Source: a bacterium (GTDB lineage Bacteria; Krumholzibacteriota; Krumholzibacteriia; LZORAL124-64-63). From it: DNA of 57,760 nt. The position numbers were made by a program, and so were the translations under genes. The notes below the pieces were generated by a model, which was given only the letters and a program-made list of their open reading frames with translations, was not told the DNA's origin and ran no database searches. The stretch lies in NCBI GenBank assembly GCA_031441465.1, contig JANOEP010000025.1:1-57760 (forward strand), read 5' to 3'. Below are positions 8,803 to 18,388 of this stretch, piece after piece (within the stretch, counting starts at the first letter, position 1; the number at the start of each line of letters is the position of its first letter).

Positions 8803-10272
8803 ATGAACGCCAGGCCCGTGAAACCGCTGCTGCTGCTGATCCTTGTCCTGACCGCATCGGCCGCCATGGCCGCCGACGCTTCCGACGAGTACTCCGTCTT
8901 CAGCCTGTCGCCCTACGCCGGCGCGACCTACCTGACGGACGACCTCGGCCTCGAGGACGACATCATCTTCGGTGGCCGCGCCGCGGTCATGTTCATGCCC
9001 TGGTTGGGTCTGGAAGGCACGTACGGTTTCAGCGACACCGAGCAGACCGGCACCGCCGCGGCGACCAAGCTGCACCACCTGGGCGCCGACCTGGTGCTGA
9101 ACCTGATGCCCTTCGAGAAGATCAACCCCTACCTGACCGCCGGCTGGGCCCAGCTCGAGGCCAAGGGCGACTGGCTGCCCACCGGCAAGACCGAGATGAA
9201 CGGCTGGGAGGCCGGGGCCGGCCTGAAGATCAAGCTGGGCGGCGACAACATCAACCGCCGCGACCTGCGCCTCGAAGTGCGCGACGTCATGAGCGGGCTC
9301 GTCAGCGGCCTGCCCAACGACGGCGACATGACCCACAACCTGATCGCCACCGCCGGCTTCAATTTCGCGTTCGGCCGCTGCGGCCGCGACGCCGACCGTG
9401 ACGGCGTCCGCGACAGCGACGATGGATGTCCAGAGACTCCGGCCGGCGCCACGGTCGACGCGGAGGGCTGCCCGTTCGACAGCGACGGTGACGGCGTCTT
9501 CGACGGCCTCGACCAGTGCGCCGAGACCCCGCGGGGCGCGAGCGTCGATTCCTACGGTTGCCCGACCGATGGCGACGGCGACGGCGTCCTGGACGGCCTC
9601 GACAAGTGCCCGGACTCGGCTCCCGGCACCGTCGTGGACGCCCGCGGCTGCGTCAGCGACGTCGACAGCGACCACGACGGCGTCTTCGACCGGGCCGACA
9701 AGTGCCCCGAGACTCCCGCCGGCGTCAAGGTCGACACCAGCGGCTGCCCGCTCGACAGCGACCGCGACGGCGTCTTCGACGGCCTCGACCAGTGCCCCGA
9801 GACCCCGCAGCACCTGAAGGTCGACGAGCAGGGCTGCCCGATCGCGATCACCGCGACCGAGACCCAGCTGCTCGACACGGGCATGATCCGCACGACGTCG
9901 GTCACCTTCCTGACCAGCTCGGCCGAGCTGGATCAGGTCGACACTCGCGAGATCGACGAGATCGGCGCCACGCTCGTGCGCTGGCCGGAACTGCAGGTCG
10001 AGATCGGCGGCCACACCGACAGCCAGGGCGCCACGGCGGCGAACCAGCAGCTCAGCGAGCGCCGTGCGCAGTCCGTGCTGGACTACCTGGTCAAGAAGTT
10101 CCCCGAGATCCGCGCCGCCCAGTACTCGGTCAAGGGCTACGGCGAGTCGCTGCCCCTGGCCGACAACGGCACCGCCGCGGGCCGCGCCCAGAACCGGCGC
10201 GTGGAGTTCAAGGTGCTCAACGCGGAGGCCATCAAGCGCGTGATCGAGAGCCAGAAGCTGCTCGAGCGCTGA
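8803..10272 (+). CDS. OmpA-family protein: N-terminal beta-barrel, thrombospondin type-3-like repeats and C-terminal peptidoglycan-binding domain
   Basis: Signal peptide, beta-strand region, repeats DxDxDGVxDxxDxCP, and OmpA_C motifs GHTDSQG, NQQLSERRA and NRRVEF. Confidence 0.9.
   Translation: MNARPVKPLLLLILVLTASAAMAADASDEYSVFSLSPYAGATYLTDDLGLEDDIIFGGRAAVMFMPWLGLEGTYGFSDTEQTGTAAATKLHHLGADLVLNLMPFEKINPYLTAGWAQLEAKGDWLPTGKTEMNGWEAGAGLKIKLGGDNINRRDLRLEVRDVMSGLVSGLPNDGDMTHNLIATAGFNFAFGRCGRDADRDGVRDSDDGCPETPAGATVDAEGCPFDSDGDGVFDGLDQCAETPRGASVDSYGCPTDGDGDGVLDGLDKCPDSAPGTVVDARGCVSDVDSDHDGVFDRADKCPETPAGVKVDTSGCPLDSDRDGVFDGLDQCPETPQHLKVDEQGCPIAITATETQLLDTGMIRTTSVTFLTSSAELDQVDTREIDEIGATLVRWPELQVEIGGHTDSQGATAANQQLSERRAQSVLDYLVKKFPEIRAAQYSVKGYGESLPLADNGTAAGRAQNRRVEFKVLNAEAIKRVIESQKLLER
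9388..9843 (+). repeat. Five intragenic tandem repeats of about 90 bp / 30 aa (TSP3-like, Ca-binding)
   Basis: DADRDGVRDSDDGCP, DSDGDGVFDGLDQCA, DGDGDGVLDGLDKCP, DSDHDGVFDRADKCP and DSDRDGVFDGLDQCP, each followed by VDxxGC. Confidence 0.9.
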
Positions 10273-10319
10273 GTGTCCTCTGACATACCCGCCGTCCGTT
10301 CGCGGCGCGGCGGTTCCCG

Positions 10320-10354
10320 GGAGGGGCCTTCCACGGAAGGTCCCTCTCCTTTTT
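10320..10354 (+). terminator. Rho-independent terminator after ompA
   Basis: GC-rich stem GGAGGGGCCTTCC / GGAAGGTCCCTCTCC followed by TTTTT. Confidence 0.7.
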
Positions 10355-10422
10355 CCCCGCCGGACGCGGCCGCGGCTGAACCGCAGTTGTGCCGCCCGTC
10401 GCTCCGGGTCTATCATCCAGCG

Positions 10423-13400
10423 ATGATCAGTTGGCACCGTCACGACCTTCCGCTGGACGCTCCCTTCCTGCCGGGCCTCGCCCGCCTGCTGCTGGAAGTC
10501 TGCGGCGAAGACCTGCCGTCGGCCCTGGTGGTGCTGCCGGCCGTGCGCGCCTGCGGCTCGTTGCGGCACGCCCTGCTCGAGGCGAGCGACGGCGACGGCC
10601 TGCTGCTGCCGCGCCTGACGACGCCGGGCCGCCTCGCGGCGGACCTCGCCGAGCGCCTCGGGCTCGACGGGAGCCTCGCCGTGACCCGCCGACTGCGAGC
10701 CGCGGCCCTGGCGCCGCAACTGGCGACGACCGACTGGGTGCGCAAGCATCCCGGCGCGGCCGCCGGCCTGGCCGAGGAACTGGTGGGCCTCTTCGACGAG
10801 CTGCGGCGGCACGGCCTGGACCCCGCGGCGCCCGACGGCGCAGGGAATCCGGACGCCGACCTTCGGCCCGGCAGCGAGATCATGACCCGCGACGCGGCCC
10901 GCGTGGCCGAAGCCTGGCGGCTCTACCGCGCCGTCGTGCCCCGCGACGACATCGACCGCGAACTCGACGTCGTCGGCGCCGTCGAAGCCGGACCGTGGCC
11001 CGGCCCGCCCCTCGGCGACTTCGTGGTCGCAGGGGTTTCCGACCTGGCGCCGCTGACCGCCCGCCTGCTGCGCGCCGCCGCCGGCGGCCCCCGACGCGCG
11101 CACCTGGTCTCCGCCCCGACGGGCGGCTCCCCGCTGGCCCGGCTGTTCCTGGCCTCGTTCAGCGATCCCGCCGCCCCGACGCACCCCGCCGCGCCCGACC
11201 GGCTCGTCGCCCGTCTGCTCGCCGACGACACCCGCCCGACTTCGCCGCCCGACGCGCGCCCCTACCCCGAGCGCCTGACCGGGCTCGGCGAACCGGCGGA
11301 CCTGCTGGTCGCGGCGCCGGCGCCGCTGCTGCGGCCGTGCGCCGACCCCGAGCAGGAGAGCCTGCTCGTCGCGGACCTGGTGATCGCGCAGCTGCGGCGA
11401 TCGCCGCGCAGCCGCATCACCGTGGCCACGGCCGATCGCGGTCTGGCGCGCCGCATCGTCGACCAGCTCAACGACGCCGGGCTCGACCTCGACGCGACCG
11501 ACGGCGACGCCCTGTCCGCGCACGCCGACGGCCGCCTGGTCTGGCAGCTGCTGCGCACGGCCCAGACCGGTCTGCATCACGAGCCGTTGCTCGAGTTGCT
11601 CACCCACCCGCACGTCACCTGCGGTCGCGACCGGGCCGCCCACTCGCGGCGCACGCTCGGCTTCGAGAAGGAGATCCTGCGCGGCCAGGCGGCCGGCGCC
11701 GGCCTGGCGGGTTTGCGCCGCCGCGCCGCGGAACGGGACGACGACCGCCGCCGTCTGTGGCCGGACGCGCGGCCGGAGATGAGCGAGCTGGTCGACGACC
11801 TCGAGCGCATCCTGGGCCGCCTGCTGGCCCTGACCGCGGGCGGGCCCGCTCCCCTCGGCCTGCACGTCGCGGCCCTGCGCGAGGCCTGGGCCGCGGCCGC
11901 GCCCGACCACACCTTCGACCAGGCGGCCGTCGTCGCCGCGCCCGCGCGCGCGGCGCTGGCCGGCCTGCTCGACGACCTCGTCGCCGCGGACGCGGCGCTG
12001 GCGCCGCTGACCGCCGCCGAGTTCGCCGCCCTCGTGGCGCGCCAGGCCGGCCGGATCCAGATCCGCCCCCACCGCAAGCTGCACCTGCCGGTCCAGGTGA
12101 CGGGACTGCTGGAGGCGCGGCTGGAGCACGCCGACCTGCTGGTGCTGGCCGGCATGAACGAAGGCGTGTTCCCGGACGAGCCGCGGCGCCACACGCTGCT
12201 GCTGGGCCGCCTCTGGCGCGATCGTCACGGCCTGCCCGACTGGCGCTGGGATCTGGGGCTGGATGCGGAGCTGTTCCTGCGCCTGCTCCATGGCGGCCGG
12301 CAGGTGACCGTCACCTGGTCGCGTGAGCGCGAGGGTCGGCCCGTCCTGCCGTCGCCCCTGGTCGGCCGCCTGCTGCTGGCCCTGCCCGAGGACCCGACGG
12401 CCTCGGCCACACCGGCGCCCTGGCGCCGCACCGCACCCGACGACCACGGCATCGCCGCCGCACAGACCCGTTTCCTGAACGAACCGGCGGCCCGGCCCGT
12501 GCTGGCGCCCACCCTGCCCCTGAAGAAGATCAGCCACACCGCCCTGAACACATGGCTCGGCTGCCCGTACCGCTTCCTGCTGGAGCGCGGCTACGAGTTG
12601 CGTGAAGAAGACCGCATCGTGGCGGAGCTGCAGCGCAAGGACTACGGCAGCGTCGTCCACGATGCGCTCGCCCGTTTCCTGCAGGACGGCGGCGAGGGCC
12701 GCCGCTGCCTGGCGGACGGCGACGCCGGCGCCGGCCGGCGCGCCCTGGCCGAGGCGACCCGGGAAGCCTTCGCCGCGCGCCTCGGCGACCTGCCGCAGCG
12801 CCGGCTCTGGGAAGCGTCGTTCCTGGCCCTGGGAGAGCGGATCGTCGAGATCGAGCTGGACCGCGCCGCCTCGTGGCGGCCGCGCGCGCTGGAAGCCGGC
12901 TTCGGCTTTTCGCTGGGCGAACTGCGCGACTGGCTGGCGCGGCAGGGCGTCGCCGACCTGCCGGACTTGACGGCGGCGATCGCGGCCATCTCGGTGAAGG
13001 GGCGGCTCGACCGAGCTGACGTCTCGCGCGACGGCGCGACGCTCCAGGTCATCGACTACAAGACCGGCACCCTCCCGACCCGCAAGGCCGTCCGCGACGG
13101 CGAAGACCTCCAGCTGTCCCTCTACGCCCTGGCCGTGCGCCTGGAAGGCGTGACCGGCGTTCCCGCCGACGCGGGGATCGTCGGCGCCTACTACAGCCTG
13201 AAGCCCGGGGATGTCGGCCTCCCCGACGAACCGTACCTCGGCCTCGACCACGATCTGGTGCGCGACGGCCGCGCGGTCCTGGCCGCCGCCCTGGCGATGG
13301 CCGACCGCGACGCCGCCTACCCCCTGCTGCCCGGCGGCGACGATCCCGACGGGCAGAACGCGCCGTGCCGGTACTGCGCCTGGCGGGGGGCGTGCCGCGT

Positions 13401-13440
13401 CGACGAAGCCCTGGCCGCCGTGACGGGAGGCGCCTCGTGA
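10423..13440 (+). CDS. addB: AddB/RexB-like helicase-nuclease subunit (PD-(D/E)XK nuclease, Fe-S staple)
   Basis: Degenerate helicase N-terminus. Motifs GLLEARL, GMNEGVFP, SHTALNTWLGCPYRF, KGRLDRAD, IDYKTG and QLSLY. C-terminal CRYCAWRGAC supplies the remaining Fe-S cysteines. Confidence 0.85.
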   Translation: MISWHRHDLPLDAPFLPGLARLLLEVCGEDLPSALVVLPAVRACGSLRHALLEASDGDGLLLPRLTTPGRLAADLAERLGLDGSLAVTRRLRAAALAPQLATTDWVRKHPGAAAGLAEELVGLFDELRRHGLDPAAPDGAGNPDADLRPGSEIMTRDAARVAEAWRLYRAVVPRDDIDRELDVVGAVEAGPWPGPPLGDFVVAGVSDLAPLTARLLRAAAGGPRRAHLVSAPTGGSPLARLFLASFSDPAAPTHPAAPDRLVARLLADDTRPTSPPDARPYPERLTGLGEPADLLVAAPAPLLRPCADPEQESLLVADLVIAQLRRSPRSRITVATADRGLARRIVDQLNDAGLDLDATDGDALSAHADGRLVWQLLRTAQTGLHHEPLLELLTHPHVTCGRDRAAHSRRTLGFEKEILRGQAAGAGLAGLRRRAAERDDDRRRLWPDARPEMSELVDDLERILGRLLALTAGGPAPLGLHVAALREAWAAAAPDHTFDQAAVVAAPARAALAGLLDDLVAADAALAPLTAAEFAALVARQAGRIQIRPHRKLHLPVQVTGLLEARLEHADLLVLAGMNEGVFPDEPRRHTLLLGRLWRDRHGLPDWRWDLGLDAELFLRLLHGGRQVTVTWSREREGRPVLPSPLVGRLLLALPEDPTASATPAPWRRTAPDDHGIAAAQTRFLNEPAARPVLAPTLPLKKISHTALNTWLGCPYRFLLERGYELREEDRIVAELQRKDYGSVVHDALARFLQDGGEGRRCLADGDAGAGRRALAEATREAFAARLGDLPQRRLWEASFLALGERIVEIELDRAASWRPRALEAGFGFSLGELRDWLARQGVADLPDLTAAIAAISVKGRLDRADVSRDGATLQVIDYKTGTLPTRKAVRDGEDLQLSLYALAVRLEGVTGVPADAGIVGAYYSLKPGDVGLPDEPYLGLDHDLVRDGRAVLAAALAMADRDAAYPLLPGGDDPDGQNAPCRYCAWRGACRVDEALAAVTGGAS

Positions 13441-16400
13441 ACGCGGACCTCGTCCAGCGCCTGGCGGCGAACCCCGCCCTGTCGGTGCCCCTGCGGGCTT
13501 CGGCGGGCTCGGGCAAGACCAAGGTCCTGGTCGACCGCATCGTGCGGCTGCTGCTGGTGCGCGCGCCGCTGAAGAGCGTCGTGGCGCTGACCTTCACGCG
13601 CAAGGCGGCGATCGAGATCCGCGACCGCCTGCGCACGCGCCTGGGCGCGCTGGCCAGGCTGGACCACGACGGCCTGGTCGCGGAGCTGACCGACCTGCTC
13701 GGCGAGACCCCGCCGCCGGAGATGGTCGAACGCGCCGCCCTGCTGTTCGAGGAGGTGCTGGAGGACACGTCGGGCCTGCTGGTGGGCACGATCCACACCT
13801 TCTGCCAGACGCTGCTGAAGCGCTTCGCCGACGAGGCGGGCGTCGACCCGTCCTTCCGCGTCGTCGAGAACACCGACGACCTCTGGGACGAGGCCCTGGC
13901 GCGCCTCGAGGCCGAGCTCGGCCGCGATCCCGCCGACGCCGCCGCCCTGGCGGAACTGGCCGGCGATCCCGCCGCCGCGCGCAAGCTGCTGCGCGGGTTC
14001 GAGCACGTCCGTGCCGACCTGGATCGCTGGTGCACGCGGGTGGCCGCACAAGCGGGGCTCGACGGCGTCCCCGACCGCTTGTCCGATCTGCTCGCTCCCC
14101 TGCTGCGGGATCTGGCCCGTCACCTGTTGCAGGGTTCGCCCCTGGACTCGCTGCCCGATCCGACGCTGGAATCGCTGCGCGCTCCCGCCGCCCTGATCGC
14201 GCGCGGCTACGCCGCCGGCCTCGACGCCGTCGAGCGGACCGAGCCGCCGGGCAGCCGCACGAACCTGCCGCGCGAGATGCAAGAGCGCCGCGACGCCGTC
14301 CTGGCGGCCGCCGCCGCGCTCGAGAGCGGCCGGCCGCTCGACGCCGCGCTGGACGCCCTGTTCGACGCCGCCCTGACGCAGGAAGGCGCGCCCCGGCTGC
14401 CGCGCAGCGGCGGCAAGTCCACCAAGGGCGAAGCTCGCGCCGCGAACGCCGAGGCGGCGCGCCCCGTGCAGGAGCTGGCGGCCTGGCGGGACCTGGTCGA
14501 GCTGTACCGCCACAACGCGCTGCGGCTGCGCTTCGGGCTGCGCGGGCTCGACCACTACGCGGCGTTGAAGGAGCGGGACCGCAGCCTCGATTTCCACGAC
14601 CTCGAGCGCTTGGCCAGGAACCTGGTGTGCGACGGGGAGATCGGTCCGTGGATCCTCTACCGCCTCGACGCGCGCCTGGACCACCTGCTGGTCGACGAGT
14701 TCCAGGACACCAACCGCACCCAGTGGGAGATCCTCGAGAAGTTCGCGGGGGAATTCCTCGCGGGCGCCGCCGAGGACGGCCGCCCGCGTTCGGTCTTCGT
14801 CGTGGGCGACGTCAAGCAGTCCATCTACGGCTTCCGCGGCGCGCAGCCGGGGATCTTCGCCGACGTCGAACGCTGGCTGTGCGACCGGACGGAGCAACCG
14901 GCCCTGACCCTGCCCACGAACTACCGCAGCTTGCCGGCGATCGTCGACACGGTCGGCGACCTGTTCCAGACGGAGCCGCTCTGCGACCTGCTGCCCGACC
15001 AGCTGGAAGTCGACGCCGCGCGGCAGACGCCGTACCGCCGGGAGGGCCCGGGCCGCGTGCTGCTGCTGCCGCCGGTGGCGGACGGCGACGGTGACGACGG
15101 CTCGCGCCACGTCGCCGCGGCGGCGCTGGCCGCGCGCGTGATCCGGCGCTACCTCGAACGGGGCCGCGTGCGCGAGGGCGATCACGACCGCCCCGCACGC
15201 TACGGCGACGTGCTGGTCCTGTCGCGCACGCGCACCCACCTGCAGCACTACGAAGCGGCGTTCCGGGCGGCGGGCATCCCGATCGTGCCGGCCGGCCGCG
15301 GCGCCCTGGCGCGCAGCCGAGAGGTGCAGGACGTGCTGCTGCTGCTGCGCTGGCTCGTCTTCCCGACCGACGACGCCGCGCTGGCCGGCGTGCTGCGCTC
15401 GCCCCTGGTGCGCGCCGACGAACGCGCCTTCCAGGAACTGCTGGCCCGCCGCCGCGTGCGCGCCGGCCGCGCCGCGCTGTGGGACGCGCTGCGCGAGGTC
15501 GAGGCCGGCTCGCCACTGGCGGCGGCCACGGAACTGCTGAAGGGCTGGCTGCGGGCCGTGGGGCACGTCCCGGCCCACCGGCTGCTGCGGCGCATCCTGC
15601 GCGAGACGGAAGCAATGTCTCGTTTCGCGGAAGCCCTGGGCGAGCAGGCCCGCTACAACCTGCTGCGCCTGCACGACCTCGCCCTGGCGCACGAACAGAC
15701 GGCGTTCCCGTCGCTGCGCACCTTCCTCACCGCGGTCGACAACGCCGCCTTGCGGGAAGACCAGGAAGAGGCGGTGCTGCCGGACACCGAGCAGGGCCGC
15801 GTGCGGATGATGACGATCCACGGCGCCAAGGGTCTCGAGTCGCCCTGCGTGCTGCTGGTCGACGCCGACGACCCCATGAAGCGCGAAGAAGCGACGCTCG
15901 TGCTCGGATCGTCGGGCGGCGGCCCCCTGGTCCAGGGCGTCCGCAAACAGCACCGCGCCTCGGACGGCGACGGCGGCACGGCCTTGGCGGTCACCGCGGC
16001 CCGCCGCTTGGCCGAGCAGCGGCGCGAACAGGCGAACCTGCTGTACGTGGCGATGACCCGCGCCCGGGACGAACTCGTGGTCCTGGGCGCCGCCCCCGAG
16101 CGCTCTTCGCAGGCGCCGAGCTTCCTGGGTTGGCTCGCCGAGAGCCCGCGCGGCCTCGATGCCCTGCCCGACGATCTGGCGCCCGGCGAACATCCCACCC
16201 CGACGTCGGCGGACGCCGCGACGTCCCCCGGCCCCTCGCTCTGGGAGCCGACCGGCTGGGAACCGCTGATCGACACGGTCTCCCCTTCATCGTCGGCGCC
16301 GCCGCCCGCGCCCGGAGACGCGACACCCGAGACCCGGCTGCTCTCCCCCGAGACCGCCGACGGCGCCGCCGAGGAATACGGCGAGGGATCCGACAACGAC

Positions 16401-16880
16401 ACGGCTCTGGACGCCCGCGATGCGGCCTTGTCCCACGGCACCGCCGTGCACCGCTGGCTGCAGCGGGCGGTCGAAGGCGGCACGATGCCGGACGGCGACT
16501 GCCCGGCCCACGCCGAGGCCGCCGCCGTCTTCGACAACCCCGAACACGACGTCGTCTTTCGGCCCGGGCGCGGTCGCGTGCTGTGCGAAGCCGCCGTCAT
16601 CTCCCGGCTGCCGGGCGCCGGCGACGGCCCCGAGCGCCGCTTGCTGGGTTCGGTGGACCTGCTGCAGATCCACGACGACGAGATCGTCATCGTGGACTAT
16701 AAGACCAACCGCGTCGACGAGGCGGGACTCGCCGCGGTGGTGGAGCACTACCAGCCGCAGATGCGGGCCTACGGCGAGGCGCTGACCCTCTGCTTCCCGG
16801 ACCGGCCGGTCCGCTGCCTGCTGCTGTTCACGGGCTTGCCGGGGGAGCGGGGCCCCGGCAGGGTCGTCGCGATCGCTTGA
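13437..16880 (+). CDS. addA: AddA/RexA-like UvrD-type helicase-nuclease subunit
   Basis: GTGA overlap with addB. Motifs ASAGSGKT, TFTRKAA, TIHTFC, LVDEFQDTN, VGDVKQSIYGFRGA, NYRS, TIHGAKGLE and LYVAMTRA. C-terminal nuclease GSVDLL...VDYKT...QMRAY. Confidence 0.92.
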   Translation: MNADLVQRLAANPALSVPLRASAGSGKTKVLVDRIVRLLLVRAPLKSVVALTFTRKAAIEIRDRLRTRLGALARLDHDGLVAELTDLLGETPPPEMVERAALLFEEVLEDTSGLLVGTIHTFCQTLLKRFADEAGVDPSFRVVENTDDLWDEALARLEAELGRDPADAAALAELAGDPAAARKLLRGFEHVRADLDRWCTRVAAQAGLDGVPDRLSDLLAPLLRDLARHLLQGSPLDSLPDPTLESLRAPAALIARGYAAGLDAVERTEPPGSRTNLPREMQERRDAVLAAAAALESGRPLDAALDALFDAALTQEGAPRLPRSGGKSTKGEARAANAEAARPVQELAAWRDLVELYRHNALRLRFGLRGLDHYAALKERDRSLDFHDLERLARNLVCDGEIGPWILYRLDARLDHLLVDEFQDTNRTQWEILEKFAGEFLAGAAEDGRPRSVFVVGDVKQSIYGFRGAQPGIFADVERWLCDRTEQPALTLPTNYRSLPAIVDTVGDLFQTEPLCDLLPDQLEVDAARQTPYRREGPGRVLLLPPVADGDGDDGSRHVAAAALAARVIRRYLERGRVREGDHDRPARYGDVLVLSRTRTHLQHYEAAFRAAGIPIVPAGRGALARSREVQDVLLLLRWLVFPTDDAALAGVLRSPLVRADERAFQELLARRRVRAGRAALWDALREVEAGSPLAAATELLKGWLRAVGHVPAHRLLRRILRETEAMSRFAEALGEQARYNLLRLHDLALAHEQTAFPSLRTFLTAVDNAALREDQEEAVLPDTEQGRVRMMTIHGAKGLESPCVLLVDADDPMKREEATLVLGSSGGGPLVQGVRKQHRASDGDGGTALAVTAARRLAEQRREQANLLYVAMTRARDELVVLGAAPERSSQAPSFLGWLAESPRGLDALPDDLAPGEHPTPTSADAATSPGPSLWEPTGWEPLIDTVSPSSSAPPPAPGDATPETRLLSPETADGAAEEYGEGSDNDTALDARDAALSHGTAVHRWLQRAVEGGTMPDGDCPAHAEAAAVFDNPEHDVVFRPGRGRVLCEAAVISRLPGAGDGPERRLLGSVDLLQIHDDEIVIVDYKTNRVDEAGLAAVVEHYQPQMRAYGEALTLCFPDRPVRCLLLFTGLPGERGPGRVVAIA

Positions 16881-16908
16881 CCGGGCATGACCGGAAGGAG
16901 TTTCACCG

Positions 16909-17655
16909 ATGCTCAGGCGAGTCCTGAAACAACTGGCCGTCCTGCTGTTGCTGGCCGGCCCGTGCGCCGACATCGTCTTGTGCCAGACGCTCGTCTCGCC
17001 CGAGGCGACCGCCGCAGCTCCCCCGTCCATCCCGCGGTTCGACCTGCAGGACAACGATCTGTTCCTGCTGGCCGGATCGGGGCTGGTCGCGGTGATCTGC
17101 AAGCAGATCGAGGATGACGAGGAACTATCCGAAAGCCTGGATCAGCCGTACCTGGACTTCTACCTCGATGCGGGCAACACCTACGGCTCCGGCACGACGC
17201 TCGGCAGCGCGGCCGTGGCCTTGATGGGGATCGGCAGACTGGCAGGGGACACCCGCCTCGCCGATACCGGGGACGACCTTTTACGCGCCCTGGTCACCGC
17301 CTGGGTCCCGGTCTGGTCGATCAAGCCCGCGCTCGACGTGCGCCGACCCAACGGCGGTCCTTACTCGTTCCCGTCGGGTCATACCGCGACCGCGTTCGCC
17401 GCGGCGCCGGTGTTCGCGTACCACGGCGGGCGGTTCGTCGGAGTCCTGGCTCACGGCGCCGCGGTGGGGACGGCGTTGGGGCGTCTGGAAGACAACATGC
17501 ACCACGCCTCCGATGTCCTGGTGGGTGCGGCGATCGGGCTGATCGCCGGCCGGTTGGCCGTGCGCGCGCGGGCAGCCAGGGAGTCGGCGACCCCCGGGCA
17601 CGGCATCACCGTGTCGGCGGTGCCGGGCGGCGTCGTGCTCGCGTTGCGGTTCTAA
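16909..17655 (+). CDS. PAP2-family phosphatase
   Basis: Motifs K.....RRP, SFPSGH and GRLEDNMHHASDV, with a signal peptide and hydrophobic segments. Confidence 0.85.
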   Translation: MLRRVLKQLAVLLLLAGPCADIVLCQTLVSPEATAAAPPSIPRFDLQDNDLFLLAGSGLVAVICKQIEDDEELSESLDQPYLDFYLDAGNTYGSGTTLGSAAVALMGIGRLAGDTRLADTGDDLLRALVTAWVPVWSIKPALDVRRPNGGPYSFPSGHTATAFAAAPVFAYHGGRFVGVLAHGAAVGTALGRLEDNMHHASDVLVGAAIGLIAGRLAVRARAARESATPGHGITVSAVPGGVVLALRF

Positions 17656-17689
17656 CTTACCGCACGTACACTCGCCTCCAGTAGGCGCA

Positions 17690-17721
17690 CCGAAGGAGCC
17701 GCATGTTGGCGGCTCCTCCGG
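17690..17721. terminator. Hairpin between convergent genes
   Basis: CCGAAGGAGCCGC / GCGGCTCCTCCGG stem with a 6-nt loop. Confidence 0.5.
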
Positions 17722-17739
17722 TCTCGGCCGAGGTCGAAC

Positions 17740-18279
17740 TCAGGCGAGCAGATCCACCCCGCCGTCCGCCGGCTCGGTCACCGGCGGCAGGTTGCGCATC
17801 TCGGGTTCGGGCGGGATCTCCGCCTCCCAAGGCACGGGCGGCAGCAGCGCGTCCAGGGTGATCTGCAGCCGTTCGGCCATCGATTGCAACGACGAGCGCA
17901 CACCCTCGGCCAGGGCCTCGGGGTCGACTTCGCTGCCATCGCTGGACGCACGGAAAGCCGCGGCCAGATCGCCGCGGAACTGCTTCTCCACCTTCAGGAC
18001 CTCGCGCCGGGCCGAAGCGTCGAGGGTCGACGTCTCGAGAGCGTCGCGCAGCTTCTGCCGCACGGAACGCTCGACCTGGTGCAAGGTCTGTTGGACGTGG
18101 CTCCTGCCGGGGTGATCCTGCCGGTCGCCTTCGTCCCGCTTGTGCGCCGCGGCCTGCTCGGCCTCGGGCACGGCGGCGACGTCGCCGACGGCAGCCTGCT
18201 GAACCGCGGGATCTCCCCGCTGCCGCAGGGCAGGATGTGTGTGGAACTGGGGCTGAACCCCGATCGCCGTGATGGCCAT
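17740..18279 (-). CDS. Hypothetical protein (179 aa), sigma28-promoter-preceded
   Basis: GGAAGGGAG RBS before the ATG (MAITAIG...). Helical core, Pro-rich tail and C-terminal GGVDLLA. No family recognised. Confidence 0.7.
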   Translation of the reverse strand: MAITAIGVQPQFHTHPALRQRGDPAVQQAAVGDVAAVPEAEQAAAHKRDEGDRQDHPGRSHVQQTLHQVERSVRQKLRDALETSTLDASARREVLKVEKQFRGDLAAAFRASSDGSEVDPEALAEGVRSSLQSMAERLQITLDALLPPVPWEAEIPPEPEMRNLPPVTEPADGGVDLLA

Positions 18280-18346
18280 CACATTGACTCCCTTCCGGCC
18301 ATCCGCCGTTGATCGCCTCACCGCCTTCCTTGGCGGTTCGGTCTTA

Positions 18347-18373
18347 TCATCGGCATTCGCGGGCAATACTTGA
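18347..18373 (-). promoter_or_regulatory. Putative sigma28 promoter
   Basis: Minus strand TCAA-N15-GCCGATGA (consensus TAAA-N15-GCCGATAA). Confidence 0.75.
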
Positions 18374-18388
18374 GGGGTTTGTCCGGTT

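Noticed and set aside
9388..9843. CRISPR-like periodic repeats
   Set aside because: In-frame coding TSP3 repeats of OmpA with degenerate units and no cas genes. No CRISPR array is seen anywhere in the window.
8677..13251. Very long antisense ORFs (1524 aa here, also 46776-50480, 42902-46045, 13317-16193 and 37616-40222)
   Set aside because: Shadow frames of well-supported genes on the opposite strand, expected in high-GC DNA. They carry no recognisable motifs.
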